From: Octopus vulgaris | Lineage: Eukaryota | Assembly (NCBI GenBank): GCA_951406725.2 | Contig: OX597825.1 | Span: 806,001 to 870,000 of the forward strand | Length of the DNA: 64,000 bases | Reading direction: 5' to 3' | In this document: piece by piece, positions 12,798 through 25,567 of the stretch | Numbering within the stretch: position 1 is the first letter of the stretch | Layout of the letters: each line of letters begins with the position of its first letter | Notes under the pieces: model-generated | Seen by the model: the letters and a program-made list of their open reading frames with translations, nothing else | The model's database searches: none | What the model was told of the DNA's origin: nothing | Made by a program: the position numbers and the translations under genes

Positions 12798-13105
12798 GGA
12801 GCCCTCTGTCGGTTATGACGATGAGGGTCTCAGCTGATACAGTCAATGGAAATTAACGTGCAAGTGGCTGAGCACTCCGCAGGCATGTGTACCCTTAACA
12901 TAGTTCTCAGGGAGATTCAGCGTGACAGAGTGTGACAAGGCTGACCCTTTGAAAAATAGATACTACTCGTTTTTGCCAGCTGAGTGGACTGGAGCAACGT
13001 GAAATAAAGTGTCATGCTCAAGTACAAAACACGTCACTGGGAATTGAACTCACAACCTTACTGTTGTGAGGTGAGTGCTCTAACCATTAAGCCACATGCC
13101 TTCAC
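12798..13105 (-). mobile_element. tRNA-derived SINE family F (shares its 3' tail with family D)
   Basis: Minus head gtgaaggcatgtggcttaatggttagag..gagttcaattccc; tail gtgcaagtggctgagcactcc..ggagattcagc also present in family D. Heads also at ~39350-39534 and ~48740-48923. Confidence 0.75.
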
Positions 13106-13261
13106 TGTATGTATGTATATTGATATCATTGTCTTTTAGTGTTCATTTTCCATGCTGGCATGGCTTGACAGGATTTGACAAGTTCAAGGACTGCATCTTG
13201 CTCCAGTGTCTCATTCATTCACTCACTCACTCTCTCACACACACATACACACACACACACA

Positions 13262-13300
<39 letters not shown>

Positions 13301-13709
13301 ATTTAATGTAGGATAAAATTTTTCGAAAAAAATTCTATCAATGGCCAGCATATATATATATATATATATATATATTCTGTAGTTTTGTTTGAGCATGCAA
13401 CAAAGGTTTGCAAAAACAGTCCCCTGTCACACAAAAATCTCTTTCAGTACTTTTCTGGGCCCTGAAACCTTCAAGGTGGAAGAATATTTTGTTCCTTATT
13501 TAATCAATATAGGAAAATAATTTTATATCTCCTTCATGGAAACACAATCAAAAGTCATGTATATGTACAACAAACACACAAACATATTAACAAACATGAC
13601 GAAATCACATGCATACAAACACTACACTTAGACACACTGATAAGACATGTACTCATCAAACACACAACTAATTGCGAATGTGTGCACACAGACAAACATA
13701 TGAAACAAA

Positions 13710-13758
13710 CACACATACATGCATACATACATACATGCATGCACAAACACACAAGTAT

Positions 13759-13792
<34 letters not shown>

Positions 13793-13832
13793 ACATACAT
13801 ACATACATACATACATACATACATACATACAT

Positions 13833-13872
<40 letters not shown>

Positions 13873-13935
13873 ACATACATACATACATACATACATACAT
13901 ACATACATACATACATACATACATACATACATACA
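13710..13935. repeat. Compound (CATA)n/(CA)n microsatellite
   Basis: Directly visible. Confidence 0.97.
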
Positions 13936-15281
13936 AACATGCACAATGCTATTACTCAACTCTGAAAATATTGCTTCAGCAGATGTAGCTAAGTGAAATA
14001 GATACAGATGGTAAGAGATCTTGTAATAAAAACCAATAATACAAGAAATACCGATCTGGTTGCAGTTGTATTGATCCAGAGTTTGACCCATTACCAAGAA
14101 AAAAGCCTTTGTATACCAGTGCAATCTTAAAACTAGCTCTTCTATGAACCCCCGCGCCCCCCAGGAGGAATACAACAGCTCTATCAAGTTATTGCTGGGA
14201 GTTGAAGGCTACTGACATAGGATACAACCTACAGAGGAAAAAACTTGGCTAAGCCATTATCCTACAGAGGTAAAGGAACACAGTGTCATCTATGTCGGAG
14301 GAAGCAGCTTGTATCCACTTCTAAGTAAAAAAAGAAAAAAAACTCCAAGTTTGCAGGATACCAGTATAAAGTATATATGATGTAAATGAATTTCAAAAAC
14401 ATTTTTTCAACTCAAGAAATGACAGAACCAAAAGATACTAGTTACTGACTTTCAATTGGACACAATTCCATCTTGAATTTTCTTAACGTTTATAGTTCTT
14501 GCCTATCCCTTAATCTCTGTATCTTTTACATTGTATATCATCCGATTATCATCCTCTTTTATTTTAGCATTTAACACTACTATGCAACAGAATCATTTCA
14601 CACTGTCTTACTTGTTCACACTCTCTTATCATTTCACACTGTCTTTACTGCTTAACACTAGATTATTATTATTATTATTTCAATCTGTCATTCACAATAT
14701 AATCTCGTTTCCAACTTATATTATCATTTGGTTTAGAGAGTTATCATTACCTCATATTTTTATATTATTTACATTGTAACCTCATTTCAAACTTCTGTTA
14801 CCACCTTGTTGAATTATTATAATTTTATGTTATTTTGTGGATTTCTCATTTTTCATTGCTGTGTTGCATAATTTCTATTCTTTTATTCTTTTTGTTTTGT
14901 TTCAGTCATCCAACGGTTTGGTGAGGCAAACTGGAAAAATATGACTCAAAACATGAATATCATCATCATCGTCATTGTTTAACGTCCACTTTCCATGCTG
15001 GCATGGGTTGGACGATTTGACTGAGGACTGGCTAACCAGATGGCTGCACCAGACTCCAATCTGATTTTGCAGAGTTTCTACAGCTGGATGTCCTTCTTAA
15101 CACCAACCACTCCGAGAGTGTAGTGGGTGCTTTTACGTGCCACTGGCAAGAGGGCCAGCCAGGCAGTACTGGCAACGGCCACACTCAAATGGTGTTTTTT
15201 ACATGCCACTTGCACAGGAGCCAATCCAGTGGCACTGGCAACGACCTCTCTCGAATGTAAAATATATATTTTATTAATCTA

Positions 15282-15400
15282 TGGCAGAAGTAGTAGAGTG
15301 ACTTGAGAGACAAGAGTTTTGTGTGTTAGCAATTATTAAAGTTTGATACGTGATAATGCATGAAACTCTGGTTCCATGAGTCACACTGTTACTCCTGCCA
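15282..15400. repeat. Degenerate 50-bp-arm palindrome
   Basis: 15282-15331 versus reverse complement of 15351-15400, gap-free; several mismatches are TG versus CA. Confidence 0.6.
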
Positions 15401-16111
15401 AATATTAATAAGAAATATATTATTAACAACACCATAGTTTTCTCTTGGATCTAATTTATCTTAACAGTCAACATTGTACTGAGTACCTCTCAATCATAAA
15501 TGATTTTGAATTACATATATAATATTAAATATAAGATATTAGCATGGAATCAGATATTAATTCTTATTCCTATATTTTAATGTAGATAATCAGGTTAAAT
15601 TATTTCTATCTAATATTGGAATATTGTGAGATTGGAATGCATTTTACCACTATTTTATCACTATTCACCATTTTATCACTATTCACCAGCCTTATTGCTG
15701 CAATATATCATCATTTTTTGGTAACTCCAATAATATAATAGTCATTATTTTCATATTTAATTTGGATCAATCTTTCTGGACCATCTTGATTGCCACACAA
15801 CATTTTGACAATACAAGAGAGAAGCTGCTTTCCCTGTATCAGTTATTTACTGTTAAGCAATTGGAATATAATTTCTCATTTGTTTTGATTTTGGGAATAT
15901 ATTTTAGTATTAATGTATCCCAAAATTCTTTGCAATTTCTCTGTTTTTGATGGCTTTAATTATTGCATGCTGGTTTGACTTTGTTGAGACATGCACTCCT
16001 GATCTGTAAATAATACTAAGAAAATAAAGATGTCCCACTTAACAAGTCCTTTGGTTAAATGGCTGGACTGTGATAATTAAAGTATATATATATATATATA
16101 TATATATGATG

Positions 16112-16490
16112 TGGCACTCTGTCAGTTGTGATGACAAGGATCCCAGTTGATCCGATCAATGGAACAGCCTGTGCTTGTGAAATTAATGAGCGAGTGGCTG
16201 AGCACTCCACAGACATGTGTACCCTTAATGTAATTCTTGGGGAGATTCAGCATGACACAGAGTGTGACAGGGCAGGCCCTTTGAAATACAGGTACAACAG
16301 AAACAGGAAGAAAGAGTGTGAGAAAGTTGTGGTGAAAGAGTACAACAAGATCCCCCCCACCACCGCCAAAGCCTCGTGGAGCTTTAGGTGGTTTTGCTAA
16401 AATAACACTCACAACGCCCGGTCTGGGAATCAAAACCGCGATCCTATGACTGTGAGTCTACAGCCTTAACCACTGGGCCATTGTGCCTCC

Positions 16491-16491
<1 letters not shown>
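16112..16491 (-). mobile_element. tRNA-derived SINE family D
   Basis: Same head and body as 12415-12794; inserted within (TA)n. Confidence 0.85.
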
Positions 16492-16556
<65 letters not shown>

Positions 16557-18384
16557 GATAGATAGATAAATTCAATATTTGCTTTATGTTAAATACCTTG
16601 AGTACTAATTTGAAAAGTGTCTTCTTCATTTAACTACAATTAATGAAGTGTGGGTGCATGCATATATATATATATATATAAAATTTCACCTACAAGGTAT
16701 TCATTATCCCAAAGCATTTTCCAAAGGTGCCACACACTGAGATCAAACCTGAAATGATGTGGTTGTGAAACAAACTTTGTAACCACAAGATTGTTGGAAA
16801 TATATGCATTTCAAGTTTTATTATAGAATACATAATTTCTTTTGAGGATGTAGTTTTTTTCTGAAGATTTTTACTCTGGAGATGGTATAACTGCAAATGG
16901 ATTATACCTAAAGTGCAGTCTTGAAGAGAACATCATTGAAATTATATCATTTGTTATACACTTGTTACATATCAATCATGTGACTTGTTATATATTATTT
17001 TTATGTTCATATTAAGAAATGAGTGTACCCTTGAAGGAGCTATATACAATTATTTGTGAGAAAATTCTGGTTTATGAAGAAAAGATGTAAATCTCTTGAA
17101 TGCTTATTGTTATTGGAAATGCTAAATGCATTGAAACCAATTTCATCATCATCATCATCATTTGACATCTCTTTTTCATGCTGGCATGGTTCGGAGGGTT
17201 CTCCATGAACTGATGATCCAGAGGACTGCACTAGTTTCAATGTCTGCTTTGCCAATGTTTCTACAGCTGGATGCCCTTCCTAATGCCAACTACTTCAGAA
17301 TGTTAAACTGAAAATAGACTGGCAATGTCAGGGCAAAGTTTCATCTGGAATTAAACCATTAAATTCCTGTGGGGCTTTCTCTATATAAATCTCCCTGTTA
17401 GAAACTAGGGCTTTTAATGAAATGCAACTATTCTAGTATAAAAATCATAATATAACAGTTGCATGAATTTGGATGAAACTTGGTGATAGGATGTAATGGT
17501 TGTTAGTGTACATTGTGAAGGTGGGGGGGGGGGGTTACTTCTTGCTGTTTATGTTTACCTGTTGTCATATCACTGTCACCTGCCCAGGTAGGTTGAATAC
17601 AGGTAAACTGATTTAATTTCTGCTATCAATTTCCTGTCTCAGACAGATGAATTCGTGTCCCAGAAGTCTCTGTAATTTGGAAGCTGAATAATTATTATCA
17701 AAAAATGCATTCCAAGATATATCTTCATCGGTAACGAAGGTGTCATTTCCTTGTAGTCTCATCATTCATCCTGACAAAAACTTTTCAGAAACAAGTTGAA
17801 GAAAAGGTTTTCTAAGGCCCACATAACTAATAAAAGCACCAGATGTGTGCAGCACTTTGTTCAACTGTAAGTGATAGATTGGAGATGGTTATGGACTTTA
17901 GTGTCTACCTTGATGGTTTGTTGTGGCTTTTGGCAGAAGTGAAATACTGCAAAAAGTCAATAAAGATTCAAGAGGTAGTGAATGGTTATGCAAAAGGAAA
18001 TTGCCTGGTTTTGACACAACACACACACACACACATACATGTATATACCCATGATGAAATTCTTTCAGTTTTTGTCTACAAAATCCACTCTTAAAGCTTT
18101 GGTCAGCCTAAGATTATGGTAGAAGACACTTGCCCAGGGTACTACACAGTAGGACTGAACCAAGAACCATGTATTTGGTAAACAAATTTCTTACATTTCA
18201 AGATCCTCAAGTTTTATATTGAGCAGACAACCATCATACATACGTACACACATACACACATACATACAGTACATATATATATGCATACACACATGCCCAC
18301 ACTAATTTAGCAGAAGCACTTCAATGTATAGGTGACTCGTGAGACAAATGGCCAGAGGCACATAACATCTCCTCTGGCCATTCG

Positions 18385-19950
18385 AGTCTGGAATGTGGCG
18401 GACGTTGGTCTCTGAGCATTTTCAGTGTTTATTGCTCCTGAGCATCTGCCACATACAAAAACTATCTTCCTAGTTAGCCTTCCTTTGACATTGCTGCACC
18501 TCTTATGTGTCCATAGCTTACACTTTGTGCATCTTATAGAGTTTCTACCTACGCCTTTTCTACAGATTGAGCAGGGCCATCTACCTGAAGGCGTTTGTGA
18601 TTTGCCTTCCTTCCTACATATTAGGACTTTGGTTTTAGCTAGGTTGATTTTAAGGCCCTTCGATTCTAATCCTTGTCTCTACACTTGAAACTTTGCCTCT
18701 AGTTCTGATAGTGACTCAGCAATTAGAGCAAGGTCATCAGCATATAGGTGCTCCCAGGGGCATCCTGTCTTGAATTCGTCCATTATTACCTGGAGGACTA
18801 TGTTAAATGGAGGGGTCTGAGGACTGAACCTTGGTGGACCCCTACCTCTACCCTGAATTCTTTAGTGTACTCGTTGCCAACCCTCACCTTACTTACAGCG
18901 TCTCTGTACATGGCTTGCACAGCTCTCACTAACCATTCATTTATCCCTAGTTTCCTCATTGACCACCAGATAAGGGATTGGGGGACCCTGTCAAAGGCTT
19001 TCTCCATGTCAACGAAAGCCAGGTACAGGGGCTTATCTTTGGCTAGGTATTTCTCCTGCAGCTGTCTCACCAGAAATATGGCATCAGTGGTGCTTTTCCC
19101 TGGCACAAAACCAAACTGCATCTCATCCAAAATGACTCTCTCCCTAATCAGTTGGGCTATGACCCTCTCCGTAACCTTCATTACCTGATCCAAAAGCTTG
19201 ATACCTCTGTAATTATTTGTATCTAAAACGTCACCTTTACCTTTGTAGCAGTTGACTATCATGCTGCTACACCAGTCATTGGGTATGACTCCTTCGTGTA
19301 TCACCTGGTTAACTATATGGGTGACTAGGCTATAGCCGACACTACCAGATATTTTAAGCATCTCTGCAGTAATTCCTAATGGGCCTGGGGCTTTCCCTGT
19401 CTTCATGCTTCTAATTGCCTTAACTACTAAGGAACTGTCAACTCGGATAGCTGGTCCCTCTGTTGGGTCGACATTCAGCAGACTCTCTTTATCCCATTCA
19501 TTTTCCTTATTTAGCAGCCTCTCATAATGGTGTTTCCAAACCTCTCTCTTTGCATCCTCATTCAGTGCAAATGAGCCATCATCCATGTGAACACATTTCT
19601 CTCCTACCACATCACGATTCTCTCTCACACACTGTCTTGCAACACGAAATGCCTCAAGTCTTTGGTCCTCATGGCGCAGAACATTGGCAAATTTTTTCTT
19701 ATCTGCTTCCCCTCTGGCTAAATAAACCTGTCTCCTAGCTTCTCTTTTGGTAGTCTGATACAATTCCCTGCTACCCCCATTTTTCCAGTCCTTCCAAGCC
19801 TGTCTCTTTTCTCTAATAGCCCTGTCTACAACATTGTTCCACCACCACATTATTTTGGGTTGAGAGGGGACTTTGCACCAGCCACAGATCTGGTCAGTGG
19901 CTCTCAGCAGGTTGTCCCTTAGAGACCTCCAGTTGTCTTCTAAGACCTCC

Positions 19951-19952
<2 letters not shown>
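18385..19952 (-). mobile_element. RTE-clade LINE internal fragment (reverse transcriptase plus PHD-like zinc finger), disrupted
   Basis: ORF 18798-19988 has RT motifs (KAPGP, YKGKGD, NYRGIKLL, QFGF, DMEKAFDRV, GVHQGS). After a frameshift it continues to YADD (18733-18744), an in-frame stop (FQV*), and CSIC..CTKC..WTHKRC..CGRC. The 5' side abuts (TA)n. Confidence 0.93.
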
Positions 19953-19988
<36 letters not shown>

Positions 19989-20149
19989 TGGGCTTCTTTC
20001 AGTTTCTGTCTACCACATTCACTCACAAGGCTTTGGTCAGCCTGAGGCTATAGTAGAAGGCACTTGCCCAAGATGCCATGCAGTGGGACTGAACACAGAA
20101 GCATGTGGTTGGGTTGCAAGCTTCTCTCCACACAGTCACTCCTGTGCCT
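19989..20149 (-). mobile_element. SINE family A, 5' half
   Basis: Reverse complement of head ggcacaggagtgactgtgtgg..gttcagtcccactgcatggcatcttgggcaagtg. Other copies at ~1-114, 12205-12360, 16700-16790, 18050-18195, 29674-29823, 48285-48390 and 53420-53550. Confidence 0.8.
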
Positions 20150-21033
20150 ATATATATGTATATATGCATATACACAGCTATATATATATGCATGCACACA
20201 CACACAGATATGCATATGCATACCTAGATACATATATAGACTGCAGTTTCCTCATATCCAATCAAATAATAACGACCATGTCTTGAAATGATTCTGGTTC
20301 TTTTGGAATTTGTTTGTTATGTCTATTAGTTGCTGCTTTTGAATGTTTGTGAGTTTGTTTTTGTTACTCAGCAAATCAATTTACTGGACTAACTGCAGCA
20401 AAGGAATTTACAAGAAGAAAAAAATGATAAAGAAGGGGAAATTAATGTAAATAAATCTTCTTCGGATTTCAGAGAGCAAATAGTCGTCAGTTGGAATATT
20501 TTCTCATGAATATCTGGCAGGGGGTAGGGGGTAGGAGGAGTCGTTGTTAGAGGGGAGGCAGGAAGGGAGGTAATAAAGTTGTTTACTTGTATTTTCAGTA
20601 TATTTTATATTGAAATGCCAATAAATTAAGATACAGACTTATTAAAATATTTAAAATTAAAAAAGAAAATAACATTAAATTTTATATCCATGTGAATATT
20701 TTTGCATTTAAAATGTCAAGAACTGTGTTTATATATGCATGTTTGTGTGTGTGTATGTGACTATATAAATATGTATGTATGCATATATATGCATGTAAGT
20801 ATATGAAAATATATATCAGTGTGTATATATATAAAATAAATATATATATATAAAATAAATAAATATATATATAATATATATATAAAAGATAAATATATAT
20901 AAGATATATATATATATAAGATTAACTTTGTTGGGTACCTCACTAGCAGTATATTGGATATATGGTATCCCATGGTGGGTTGCATTTACAACCCCTATCT
21001 CAATTTGTATTTATAAGATATATATATATATAT

Positions 21034-21621
21034 GGCAAGCCCAAGTGAGACCATAACCTCGTGGCCTATGCCAGGGGTGTAACCAGCCCCCTTATGCATA
21101 CCTTTCCCTTGCTTTCAAAGACCTGTTGAGGCAAGTGAAATCAAAATCAAATTCGATGACTGGCATCCGTGCTAATGGAGCGCTCAGAGTACCATACGAG
21201 TGAGATCGTTGCCAGCGCAACAAACTGGCCTCCGTGCCATTGGCATGTAAAAAGCGCCATTTGAGTGTGATTGTTGCCTGTGTTGCTTTACTGGCACTTG
21301 TGCTGGTGGCACGGGAAAAAACATTCAAGCAAGGTCGTTGCTAGTGCTGCTGGACTGGCTCCTGTGCAGGTGACATGTAAAAAACACCATTTGAGCAAAG
21401 CTGTTGCCAGTACTGCTTGACTGGCCCTCAAGCTGGTGGCACGTAAAAGCACCCACTATACTTTCAGAGTGGTTGGCGTTAGGAAGGGCATCCAGCTGTA
21501 GAAACTCTCCCTGATCAGATTGGAGTCTGGTGCAGCCATCTGGTTTGCTAGTCCACAGTAAAATCATCCAACCCATGCTAGCATGGAAAGTGGTCGTTAA
21601 ACGATGATGATGATGATGATG
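21034..21621 (+). mobile_element. RTE 3' UTR/tail repeat with internal ~60-bp tandem units and (GAT)n tail
   Basis: Ends gttggcgttaggaagggcatccagctgtagaaa..ccaacccatgctagcatggaaag..cgttaaacgatgatgat; the same sequence follows RTE coding sequence at 40069-40510. Confidence 0.8.
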
Positions 21622-22169
21622 ACACGCATACATATACATAAATGTATGTATATGTATTTATTAATTTATATATATGCTTATATGTTAATACCTTGTCAGT
21701 GGGAATACCAGATAGATGGAGAGAGTGAGAGAGAAAGAGAGGAAGAGAGAGAGAAGAAACATTTTCAGATCCAATAAAGCACCCATCTAAATGCCTTACA
21801 TTGAGCATTAAGTTTCATCTTTCTGCTTTATGACCTTCAGATCTCATTGGTATGGGCATTACCTTTCACCTGTCTAGGATTTCAAAAAGCAATACCTGCC
21901 TTTTAAAAATCGATTCCATCTTTCCTTGGTGTCAGTGAGCAATGGTCATTTAAAAGACTTGCCTGGGACATTATGATATCCAAACATGGAATGCAGAGTG
22001 AAAGAACCATTATCTTCAGAAAGAAGCTGGAAAGCATTTCTTTTTATAGGCATATCGTTTTCTAAACACTACACAAGTGGAGAACTGTTAAACCTGCCAT
22101 GTTTTTAGACAGAAGTCGAGCACAATAAAATAAGAAGAACAACAACAGTAACAACAAGTGATTCAGTCT

Positions 22170-22595
22170 CAGGTATAGCCACGTGGTTAAGAAACTTGAT
22201 TTGCAACCATGTGGTCTTAGGTTCAATACCACTGCTCAGCATCTTGGGCAAGTGTTTTCTACTCTGTCCATGGGCTGACCAATGCCTTGTGAGTGCATTT
22301 AGTAGATGGAAACTGTGTGGAAGCCAATTGTGTGCATATGTATATAATTGTATAAATATCTATGCACTCTCACACACACATATATGTGTGTATGTGAGTG
22401 TGTGTAGATATCTATGTACATGTACATGTGTTTATGAGTGTGTATCTTTGTTTTTGCTTCCACCATCACTTGACAACTAGTGTTCATTTGTTCACATCCC
22501 TATAACTGTTAGAATAAATACTGGGGTTGATTTATTCAGCTGATCCCTTCAAAGCAGAGCCCCAGCATAGCTGCAGTCCAATAACTGAAATGAGT
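22170..22595 (+). mobile_element. SINE family A, diverged full-length copy
   Basis: ggttcaataccactgctcagcatcttgggcaagtg head and ..gcagtccaataactgaaa tail. Confidence 0.75.
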
Positions 22596-22981
22596 TATGG
22601 ATAAATGTCATTTATTTCTTGTCTGTTTTTCCATGCTGGAGGAAGATTTATTGAGGCAATATGTTATGGTCCAATGCACTCCCTTTTGTCAACCTTTACT
22701 TATTCTTTAAGTAAGGAACTCTTTTATTTATCCACTGATTTTTACAAGTGTAGAGTTACACACACACACGCACGTCTCTTTGATGATAAGTCTGCTCAAT
22801 CAGGTTTGATGTAGGACCTAACAACAGTAACAAGCAGATAGTGAATTTAAGTTAGAAATTCAATCTATGAGTTTATACAATTATGATTTTTTTTTCTGAC
22901 TATTAACTTCATCTGTTATCTTTAAAGTCAAGGTTAATCATTAGAAAATATATAGTTTTATTAATAACAACTCATCTCAAA

Positions 22982-23270
22982 TCTCTCTCTATCCGCTCAG
23001 TCGAAGTCGACTCTCGGTCACTCGTTGGATCAGTGTCCTCCAGTCAGTTCTATCCTGGGCTGCTTCCTTCAGACTGGCCATGTCTATTCCGGTATCACTC
23101 CTGTATCCCAAAATTCCGGTCTCTTCCTCTCTTGCCACTGACCATTCCGAGCATGATGTCCTTCTCCAGGGATTCTCTCCGCATAATATGACCGAAATAT
23201 GCCAATCTACGCTTGGTTATCCCAGCTTCTAGCGACATTTTCGGCCTTATCTGCTTAAGAACTTCTCCAA
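22982..23270 (-). mobile_element. RTE/BovB-like LINE 3' end
   Basis: Minus strand EVLKQIRPKMSLEAGITKRRLAYFGHIMRRESLEKDIMLGMVSGKRGR...LKEAAQDRTDWRTLIQRVTESRLRLSG*, a typical RTE C-terminus. Confidence 0.85.
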
Positions 23271-23744
23271 TATTTAAACATTTATTTTGAGTGTCTTGGT
23301 CCTGGTGTCACATAAAAAAGCACGTAGTACACTCTGTAAAGTTATTGGCACAAGCAAGGGCATCAGGCAGGCAGTAGGGCTTAGCCCAGTCTTCTGACTT
23401 GCCAGCTCCTGTTAAACTGTTGAACCCATGCCAACCTGGAAAGAGGACATTAATGCTGATGATGTTTTGATGGGAGCAGTCTTTAGTTCTTTGATTGTGA
23501 GAGATAAATTTAAGAGGAAGAAATCTAGGAACACTTTTGATGATAGCAAAAGAGAAGAATCTGGGTTAACTATGGATGTGTTTGCAAAGAGTTGAAACAG
23601 GTGAAAGTTATGTCTTTCGAATAATTCAAAGGATAGAAAGTTGTGTTGTGAGGAAGGAAAGTCCAATGGTTTAGATTAGATGTCTGTTTTCCTCCTCCCC
23701 CTCCTCTGCTTCAGAAAGGGAGAGGGAGAGATAGATAAAGAAAT

Positions 23745-23764
23745 ATAGATAGATAGACAGATAG

Positions 23765-23838
<74 letters not shown>
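23745..23838. repeat. (GATA)n-(GA)n microsatellite
   Basis: Directly visible. Confidence 0.97.
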
Positions 23839-23842
<4 letters not shown>

Positions 23843-24364
23843 AAGATCCCAACAAAAGGATGAAAGTTGCTTTTTAAAAGTTAATTTGCCTGCTATTTCT
23901 AGGAAGCCAAGTATCCACATAGAGGCCCCCTTCTCAATTCACTGGTCATAAGATAGGACATGATTGCTTAACTTTCAGCAGAAATGAAACCCTATTTTTT
24001 TTTACCACACCTATCGAATAGTAATAACTTCTGACCATTGTCCAATTAGGGTAGACAAGGAATGGCTTTGATCTCAGGCCATCAATTTTTAGTCTCGGTC
24101 TGGTTGAGATTAGGTGAGATCTAGTATTTGACTTTCTGAAATAGTGAAATCACTCAAAGTACAAAATTAAGTATTTATTAAAACCATGGGCTTCAGTTGT
24201 TAGGGTTAAAATATTAATAACACTTTAAATTAAACCGAAACAACTTGTATATATTTTATATTGGTTCCAATATCTTTTCAATATACACTTGCTGGATTTC
24301 TATACTATTCAATTATCTTCCTATAATAATTTCCATATGAGTAATTTTATTACTATTTTAATAT

Positions 24365-24386
24365 TAATAATAATAATAATAATAAC

Positions 24387-24424
<38 letters not shown>

Positions 24425-24430
24425 TGATAA
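24365..24430. repeat. (TAA)n microsatellite
   Basis: Directly visible. Confidence 0.95.
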
Positions 24431-24771
24431 TTTTAATATTATTTCAGTTTTAAAAAAGAAATCTTCAAAATTAAACTGGCATTTTGAAATCAAGTAACAA
24501 AATCATAATATAATTCCAAGAACATATTTCTTTGAAACTCAAATTATTCTCAGGCAATTGTACCAGTATGATAATAAAAAAAAAAAGAAAAAAAGAATAA
24601 AAGAAAAAGGAAATAAAGAAATGTGATAATAATAGAATATATTCAACAACTATGAATATATATGGTGAAAGATTGACTGCTGTAGGCCAGCTTTTGCATG
24701 ATCTCATTATTTTCTGTAAATTACTTAAATAATTCCATAGCTTGGCAAGTCTTGGACTACAACAAAAATGA

Positions 24772-24823
<52 letters not shown>

Positions 24824-24835
24824 TATACACATACA

Positions 24836-24869
<34 letters not shown>

Positions 24870-25521
24870 CATATATATACATATACATACATATATATAT
24901 GTAAAACAAAGAAAACTGTTAGTAAAAATTAATAAAGAAAAGAATGAAAAAAATTAAATATAATTAGTTAAAAGAGAAATAAAATTAAGAAAATGAAAAA
25001 CAAAAAAAATGAGAACGAAGATAGAAAAATGTAAGAATATAATAAATAGTCTAAAGATTATTGCAAATATAACTGTGATAAAAGAACTGAGACCCAGGAG
25101 GAAGTATTGTTACTATGTTGTTTCCTTTAAGGGCAGATAATAAATTCTTCAATGGAACAAACCAAATTTTCTAATCTCATTTTCAAATTAATATCATGCA
25201 CTTGGAAAGACAATTATTATTGTTGTTGTCATCATCACTGTCATCATCATCATCATCATCATCGACATCACCACTGTCATAAATTTAGTGCTTGTTTTCT
25301 ATATGTTTGTATGTGTTTGAAAAATCTACAGTGCACTATTTCTCCACATGCGATAAACCTATGTAATTTCATCTGTCAATCTCAAAGTTCTTATAGCTAA
25401 GTTAACAAATTAATATTAATATATTCAATGAGTGGAACATTAAACAGCAGTCTAGAACTAATCCTTTGGTGAAGGGAGAAAATATATTTGTCAGTGGCTA
25501 ATAATATTATTTTAATTATTT

Positions 25522-25567
25522 CATCGAGTACATGTTTTGGCGTTATTGACATCATCAGCTAACGATG
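25522..25567 (-). ncRNA. Degenerate type-I hammerhead ribozyme motif
   Basis: Minus strand CATCG-TT-AG CTGATGA tgtcaataacgcc AAA-ACATGT-A CT-CGATG: stem I pairs, stem III is palindromic, G12 is replaced by A. Confidence 0.55.

Noticed and set aside
14906-14920. Apparent 15-nt plus-strand microexon (tttcag|...|gtgagg)
   Set aside because: The acceptor matches the reverse-complement tail of SINE family A (ttgtttcagtcat), and it is opposite to the Ig exon.
17560-17580. Possible 21-nt minus-strand phase-1 microexon (cag|GTGACAGTGATATGACAACAG|gtaaac)
   Set aside because: No polypyrimidine tract and no homology support; needs RNA-seq.
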